From the NCBI GenBank assembly GCA_002633005.1, contig NMRA01000302.1, positions 126,180 through 190,179 on the forward strand: a DNA stretch of 64,000 bases, written 5' to 3'. A program made the translations under genes and the position numbers. This DNA comes from Phoronis australis. Its lineage: Eukaryota > Animalia > Phoronida. Shown piece by piece: positions 57,137 to 64,000 of the stretch (position 1 is its first letter; each line of letters starts with the position of its first letter). The notes under the pieces are model-generated. The model saw only the letters and a program-made list of their open reading frames with translations. It was not told where the DNA came from and did no database searches.

Positions 57137-58333
57137 ATGGCACGGATTTTTAATTGCCAAACGAAAGACTTTTTGTTTCACTATAAAGGTTTTGATGAAG
57201 ACTTTGTACGCTTTAAATTCCCGTTACATGAAGATAAATGTCTTGCTTACCGCGCCTTAGTTGCACTGTATGAACTAGCGTGGCTTCTTGTGGATATGAT
57301 ATTCCTTCCTAGATCAGAACAGCAGACGACGGCGAAATATTTCATACACTTGATGGGTTGGCATTACACAGGTGTTGTTTTATACTATCTCGTTGCATTT
57401 GCTACGCATTTATACGTCGTGAAGATTAAGCAGCGAACAGATGTATGCCGCGTGAATGATACTGATATTTCAGAACAGTCGTCTGCGTTAAATCGACCCA
57501 TCAGCTGGTATCTGCGGTTACGTTGGATGTTGTTCAACGTAAATATTAATATTCTCATGGCTTCCGTGTTCTTTTGGGTTGTGGTAAAAGACACCTATAT
57601 ATTTACCGACTATCATCGTAATCTCGTCACGCCACTCCTAGCGATGGTGGAGATCTATATCGTCAATCATCCAATATACGTTTTCCACTGCTGGATGATG
57701 CAGTTAGTTTTGGTGGTTTACACGATTTTTGCGTTTATTTACTTATACAGTGGAGGCGTTGATCAGTTTGGTCTCAAAAAAGCCTCCGTTAGTTTCTATC
57801 TGGACAATCCCATGTGGATTGTAGGCATAATGGCCGCTCTCTGTCTAATTGGTGTGCCGGTAAATCATTTGATCTGTTCTTTGCTATATAACATTCGCCA
57901 GCAGTATTTCTCTAACGGAGAATCTATCCTTCGTCGACCTGATAAGATACCTCAGGCTTCTGGTCATGAGCCGCAATCAAACAGTCTAAACGGCTGGATG
58001 ACCGAGGAAACTCAAGGTAATAAACCTTTCCATGAAATAAAAAGGGAAGCATATTCCCACGACGCTGCTGGGGTATCACAAGGAATAAAGAAACGCCAAC
58101 AACAAAGACCGGGTGCCCATAAGTTGAAGGCTAAAGAAACGGACGTGACTATTTTGAGTGAGTATATTGTTCGAGACAAGGCTAGTCTGATGAGCAACAA
58201 CAGGGCTAACTTGGAGAGCGATTCAACTTTCAGTGACGCGGGTTATTCGATCGGCGATCTGTCGCCGTCGTCATCTAATCAAATCCACCAGTTAAACCCA
58301 CAGAACACACGAGTGGATGTCGTCAGTCAATAA
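57137..58333 (+). CDS. Intronless rolling-stone-like (FAR-17a/AIG1/ADTRP-related) multipass membrane protein, 398 aa, with a long disordered C-terminal tail
   Basis: About 6 hydrophobic segments. The family pattern is YRALVALY...KYFIHLMGW...LRWMLFNV...VFFW...EIYIVNHPIYVFH...YTIFAFIYLYSGGVD. Several conserved positions are diverged. Confidence 0.72.
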   Translation: MARIFNCQTKDFLFHYKGFDEDFVRFKFPLHEDKCLAYRALVALYELAWLLVDMIFLPRSEQQTTAKYFIHLMGWHYTGVVLYYLVAFATHLYVVKIKQRTDVCRVNDTDISEQSSALNRPISWYLRLRWMLFNVNINILMASVFFWVVVKDTYIFTDYHRNLVTPLLAMVEIYIVNHPIYVFHCWMMQLVLVVYTIFAFIYLYSGGVDQFGLKKASVSFYLDNPMWIVGIMAALCLIGVPVNHLICSLLYNIRQQYFSNGESILRRPDKIPQASGHEPQSNSLNGWMTEETQGNKPFHEIKREAYSHDAAGVSQGIKKRQQQRPGAHKLKAKETDVTILSEYIVRDKASLMSNNRANLESDSTFSDAGYSIGDLSPSSSNQIHQLNPQNTRVDVVSQ

Positions 58334-59299
58334 CGTAGCTACTATGAACAGAACAAGGAGAAGACAACCCTGGTCTCCAAGGAAGATGAAACACACAGCC
58401 AGTGACGTCACTGTATTAAAGGTGAAATATCACTACTCGTGCTTATGTTAATTGACTCTGTGAATATAAATTCAAATGATATCTAGTCAATCAACTAAAA
58501 ATTTTATCGATTACGCGTTGTCTCGATACGTAGGCGGCCTACATCAGTCCTCTGTTGTTAGGCTATATACATGTATTACTGAACCGTCTTTCATGCCAGA
58601 TGGCGGTCTCGAGTCCCAATCGTTCTGAAAGTTTGGCTACTGTAACGTTAAGGTGTTAAGAAACGCCAAATTTCGTGACCCATAGTTCCCCTTAGGATTT
58701 TGTCCGTCGTTTGATTGAAATCGCCCGGATGATTGTCCTGACAATCAATATGCGTGCATGCTTCCAAATTCAGTGAATAGGAGAAAAATGAGACCGAATT
58801 TATACAGTACACGGTGGCCAGCGTAACCCGATTACCAAGTTAAAGCGGCACTAAACCCGTGTTTTCGGTTGCCGAAAACTCCCACACTAGTATTTTGACT
58901 GAGGGACAATTTGAGACCAACTCTATAACCGAAACGTCATTTTTGACAGAAAACACGTGTTTTTGTAATCCCACTTGAAGAAGATTCCTCAGGTAGGCCA
59001 CCGGTTACACTGGTTCGCCTAAGTGGTTGACCGAAGTGGGACTGACTCGGTGGTCATTTGAAATAATGGTGCAGTGAAAATGCGGCTTTTCCGCATGTAC
59101 AGGCCCTTTGCGTAGCAGTTGCTCCGTAAACATCGACCATGCTATGAAGCACGGAATAAATCCAATAGAAAGAATGTAGAATGATACGGGCTATTCAGTT
59201 CAGGCACCCTTCAAAAATTGTATCTGAACACATATATGCAACTGAGGGAGTTGCCGCCTGTGCCTTTACGAAAATTCGTGTAAAATATTTTGTTTTTAT

Positions 59300-59516
59300 G
59301 CGTACATGCATGCATGCATACATGTACATACATACTATATGTACAGGCATGCGTGCAAGCATACATACATACATAAATACATACATACATACATACATAC
59401 ATACACACACACACATACATACATACATACATACAAGGCCGCATACATACGTACCGTACTACATACATGCATGTACGTGCATATACATACATACATACCT
59501 GTACAGACATACATAT
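59300..59516. repeat. (TACA)n/(CA)n microsatellite
   Basis: Runs of atacatacatac. Confidence 0.95.
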
Positions 59517-60818
59517 AATACCTTGCTAAATTGCGGCTGCTTAACTCAATTTTCCGCGTGGAAAAGGTTAGAATTCAGTAGTCAAAATTGCATTATTGAT
59601 TGAATAAGTTCAGAGTGTCTTACCATATTCAAAACTTTCCTTGTGTTTCTCAAACTCGTTCGACACTGAGTAGACCTACCTCTTTACTTAATTCCGTTCA
59701 ATAACTTTTCATTCCGAGCCATTTCGTTTCGACCCATCAGTCGGCAGGATTATACGTTAGTTCAAAGCCTGCATTCGTTTATACTGATTACAGTTGTATT
59801 CGTTCATGTTATTTTGGGATTGTTTTTCAGTCAGTACACTCACTACGTCGGAGTGAGGTAGATGTCTTAGTGTCTGGGTATAGGACTAGGCAGCAGAAAG
59901 TACGATAAGAGACAAATTTTCAGTGCTACTTGATGTTAAAACACGATTCAGTATGAGTACAGTTAGTGATCAGGGCTGGCCACCAAGAGCAACGATAGCT
60001 AAGCTGTCTTCAGAATTGGGGAAGTCGTTAATTTTTACTTTATCTAAACGACGAATTTTTAAAAACGTGAAACGAAACCAATCTGGCCATTTCTTTAGTA
60101 TGTGACCCAAACAGGATATGCGGACAAAGAAATAACTATTTCAGTCGGTCATGACGAAGTAGTCTACTAAATGAAGCTGGAGAAAGGGGCTAGCCACTGT
60201 AAGAGACCAAAAATATAAAACTGTAAAAATAAACAAGTGTTGATACAGATCAGACAATACCAATGTTCGGTCGCTCGGGCGCACACTTTAGTTCCTTATA
60301 AATGGGTGGCCTACGCGTTCGAGCCCCCCCCCCCCTGGGTGCGCGCAATCAANGAGTATCGTAGTCAGTGTTGCCGCGAGCTCGTTTTTTAGAAGCCGGC
60401 AAAATTTTGTAATAATATCGATCTAGCTTCTTTCGGTTAACTGCGGCCAAGAAGTTTTGTCTGTCTTGACAACAGGCAAGCCCGAATTATCCACCAGGCT
60501 TTTTACAGACCACGTACGTGTGAACACATGCAGTCAAACCCGGAGTCAGTTGGTGTATTCGGAAAGAATAGATTATTAATTGTCGTAACTTCGGTTGCAA
60601 GTTGGGCGATTTTGGTGATTCAAAAACTTAACATGATCAGCATTTGACGAAGATTTCAGTTTATGTTCAAATACTGTATGTTATAACTTAACTTTTATTC
60701 ACAGGCCAGTCAGGCTAGATACGACCTTATTGGAGTTATCGAACAAAAGACTCGGAGAGCTGGCCCTCCAACCTTAAATGTCAGAACATGTAGAGTCAAT
60801 CAGTCGTGTAAGATATTA

Positions 60819-61306
60819 CAGTGGCGGATCAACGTTTTCAGTAAAGGGGGGGTTAAGATTCCTGCATGGCGCGTGGCGAGGGGGAGGTCGGGGTAACCCC
60901 CCCTCCCCCCTCCCGTGTAAGACAACATTTTGTTTTTGTAGCCAAACAGTGAATTTTCCATGCATCCTGGTATGTTTCTGGCACTTAACATCTCCCTGGA
61001 GTTTTTCTTAAGATAATTAAAAACCATTCTCGATTTCGTCACATGAACTTGGCTTATAAGTTTATATAAAAAAAATAATTGCAGGCGGTCTGATACACGT
61101 TGTACCATACGTGCGCAGGCCTCGCATGTGGGCCAATTGCACTGATCATAGGTTTCGTGAAACCATATTTGTGCACATCTGGGTATGAGTCACACCACCA
61201 GCAAACATTTTTGTTGAAATATCTGCTTATACGCACCTTTGTAGAATACGAAAAAGTGTGGTGTGTGTGGGAGGGGGGGGNTTAGACAACTACCAAATAT
61301 TCAAGA
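60819..61306 (+). mobile_element. Non-autonomous element beginning CAGTGGCGGATC; close direct copy at 63550-63970
   Basis: About 450 bp of high similarity between the copies, e.g. TTTCTGGCACTTAACAT, TTTTTCTTAAGATAATTAAAAACC and GTGCACATCTGGGTATGAGTCAC. Confidence 0.8.
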
Positions 61307-61444
61307 CGATCGCAACAGCCTCAAGCTGTTTAAGAATGAAGACCTGTACTGTTAGTACGGAAATGAACATGTGTTCTGTCTCATACGAGAAAAACTGGCG
61401 AAGGATGGTGCTCTCAGCTCATAGTCTATTATTAAAATGGCTGT

Positions 61445-61772
61445 AATTTACTTAACCTTTTATATCCTGCCTGTCTTAATCATGTCATTTTTTCATTGTC
61501 GTAAATACTCTCATTGTCTAGAGTCATCTCTTAATTTATTTCATCTGTCTTAGTTAAATTTTTACCATTATTTGTCATTTAGTTGTTGTCTTAGTTCTCA
61601 ACTTTACCTGTTTTAATTGTATCTTTGTTACGTATATTTCATTGTTGTTTTATTACTTCATTGTATTATATTACTGTTTTTCCTGTTGAGGGCCCTCTTG
61701 GAAAGCAGTGCTATAAGAGGCCACCCTCATTTTAAATATCACATTAATAAATAAATAAATAAATAAATAAAT
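61445..61772 (+). repeat. Probable LINE 3' tail (T-rich UTR, terminal hairpin, (TAAA)n)
   Basis: Hairpin GAGGGCCCTCTT...AAGAGGCCACCCTC followed by (AATA)n. Confidence 0.4.
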
Positions 61773-62169
61773 TAAAAGCGACAATAAATAATTATCACTT
61801 TATTAAACTGAATCACGTTGACAACAATTGAAAAACGTCAAATGTATCATGAAACAAATCATCTGACAACAGTTTCACGAAACCAAAACATTCTGTACAC
61901 CGTGGTGAAAAGATATACAGGAGCAGGTCGCAGAGGGACCAATTGTACACTGAGAGTACACAAAAACTCTGGCCTGGACCGTCACGAGACCAAAAGTACA
62001 TCTGGGCTTATTATCCCTATAAAATAGTCGACCTGTTGCGGGACCAAACAGCTGAGATAAATAGTTTTACAAAGCACACTTTGGTAAAAAAACATCACAA
62101 GACTAGTTCGCCGAGGGACCAGAAGTACACTGAAACTCGATATCTACACAGATCAAGCTGTCCTGGTCC

Positions 62170-63485
62170 GTCGCGAGACTTAAAGAGTACAAGTTGCATA
62201 AAACTTTGAATTGAAAACTTCTCTCTAGACACTTTTTAATCCCGAGTGTTTGCTCATATGTGTAGTTTACACATCTGGTGGTCAACTGCTGCGAGAGGTT
62301 GTCTATAGGACGGGTTTTCGCACCGTTCTGTAGTACTCACTGGAACTGAGAAACAAGTATTGAGTACAGATTTAACTACGCACTATGTGAAATGGATTTT
62401 GGATATGAAGCAGATAGACTCAAGTGGTAATACAAACCAGAATCGGTTTCTGTTCGCTCGTAGACCCTCTGCTGTACTGGGTAAATTTGGCATGTCCAAA
62501 AATAAATTCTATTTCGTTTTCATTGTGCACAAACATAAACAACCGACAATATTACAACCTGTGTAGAATTATAACTTATTACCTGGGTGTTTCTCCAGGA
62601 AAGTTGGTCCTATCTTTCTGTTGTCTAGACTACCAAGGAATCTACATCGGATCCAATGGCGTTTGCTCCTCAACCAGTACCCAGAAATCTTCGACGTTTG
62701 TTCCCAACACTTGCGGCGTCAACTGCTGTGTCAATGAGCTTGTACGCCTCTACAATGTCAGCATCTAGTTTCGCAGCTCAGTTGCCACTAAGCCCCCTGA
62801 GGTTACCAAGTACATTCAAAAGACTTACAGCATGCGCAACTAAATTTGATCCGTTCATGATCATCGACTACTTCAAACCTTGACGATGTATCCCAGGACC
62901 CATTTGCATCTCTTGCAATTTTCGAAATAAACGCCTCAATGTCTGAACGCTTGAAACCCGAAGTACTAACATCAAAATACTATGCCCATGGGCGGGTGGG
63001 TCCGGCTTTCTGCGGAAATTTCTTGAGTATAGAAAACGGCAGTGGTCATTGCAGCCGTTTACGGTAGGTGTTGGGGTCGGCACTAGGGCTCCTTAGGAGG
63101 CCTATTGAACAAGACTTTGTTGTGAAAATACAGCCTCCCCGCAATTTCTGGTACTGTACACTGTTCGCGAATGCGCCGTCACTTTGTCAATGTGAGTGCC
63201 CCCTTGGTCCGTCATTCCTTGTATAGACACGGTCCGGATCTTCAAACAGCCTGACACGCGACCAGACCACGGCACCCGCCACAATAGCAATTCTTCGGAA
63301 AACGAGTTTTTTCAAAAGTATTACATGTACACTGTATGATATTGCGCAAGACAACTTTACTGTGCAAATTCGAGTTACAACCGTGTGGCCGGCGTAATGT
63401 CACCGGCATGACCGTGACAGCTGAGGAAACTTTGCACGGTGTCAATTCGCCTGAATGTCAGGGTTGCGGCACCACAGCATTTACC
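62170..63485 (-). pseudogene. Heavily degraded hAT (THAP12/P52rIPK-like) transposase remnant
   Basis: Frame-broken minus-strand peptides occur in the expected hAT order: CTVPEI...LFNRPPK, ILKKF...TRPW, LNVLGNLRGLS...DIVEAYKLID, then CLERSF (dimerization-domain ERSFS-like). Multiple stops and frameshifts. Confidence 0.45.
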
Positions 63486-63549
63486 CTAATCAAATCAAAA
63501 TATCATATCTTAGAGTAAAGAAACTAGATACCTAAAGAAATCAGCTATT

Positions 63550-63970
63550 CAGTGGCGGATCTACGTTTTCACCAAGGGGGGTTTAGGATTCCCGCCAAGG
63601 TCGAAACTTAGGCGCGTGGCGCCGAGCGTGGGGAGGTCGGGAGGGGGGTTTCCCCTACCGTGTAAGATATTTTTCTGTTTTTGTAGCCAAATAGTGAAAT
63701 TTCCATGCACCCTGGTAAGTTTCTGGCACTTAACATGTCTCTCGAGTTTTTCTTAAGATAATTAAAAACCCTTCTCGATTTCGTCACATGAACTTGGCAC
63801 ATAAGTTTCGTGAAACCATATTGTGCACATCTGGGTATGAGTCACGCCACCAGCAAAAATTTTTGTTGGAACATCTGCTTACACACACCTTTTTTAGCAT
63901 ACGAAAAGTCGTATACGAAAAAGTGTGGCGTGTATACAGGGGTTTAGACAATTTCCAAATATTCAAGAGC
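63550..63970 (+). mobile_element. Second copy of the CAGTGGCGGATC element (see 60819-61306)
   Basis: Direct sequence similarity to 60819-61306. Confidence 0.8.
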
Positions 63971-64000
63971 ATAATTAAGGAGCACCGACGGGGCGTAAAA

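Noticed and set aside
59181-59603. YIHT/MYVC-repeat ORFs
   Set aside because: Translations of the (TACA)n microsatellite.

Overview
This is AT-rich, intron-containing animal genomic DNA, most likely an invertebrate bilaterian; the species cannot be determined from the sequence. I reconstructed six spliced genes exon by exon, all with GT-AG junctions and closed reading frames: WDR55 (-), TMEM234 (-), eIF3i (+), a C8orf74-like gene (-), a KDEL-ending Cys-type GPX7 (-, absent from the ORF track) and CDC20 (+). Two long single-exon ORFs encode an IFIT/TTC22-like TPR protein with a C-terminal TIR-like domain (-) and a degenerate rolling-stone/FAR-17a-AIG1-like membrane protein (+). Highlights: (1) the last TMEM234 coding exon ends only 69 nt upstream of the WDR55 ATG with no polyA signal between, suggesting a dicistronic or shared transcription unit; (2) a Penelope-type inverted-repeat insertion carries two minimal hammerhead ribozyme motifs; (3) two Helentron-type non-autonomous elements each carry about 8 CTCF-consensus motifs at roughly 150-bp spacing and bracket the cluster convergently; (4) the IFIT-like TPR-TIR protein is a candidate immune receptor; (5) eIF3i has a U12-type intron; (6) the TMEM234/EIF3I and GPX7-8/CDC20 neighbourhoods echo vertebrate synteny. 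A 3-kb hAT element, MITEs, a degraded hAT transposase and tandem repeats are also present. Homology calls come from motif recognition, not database searches.
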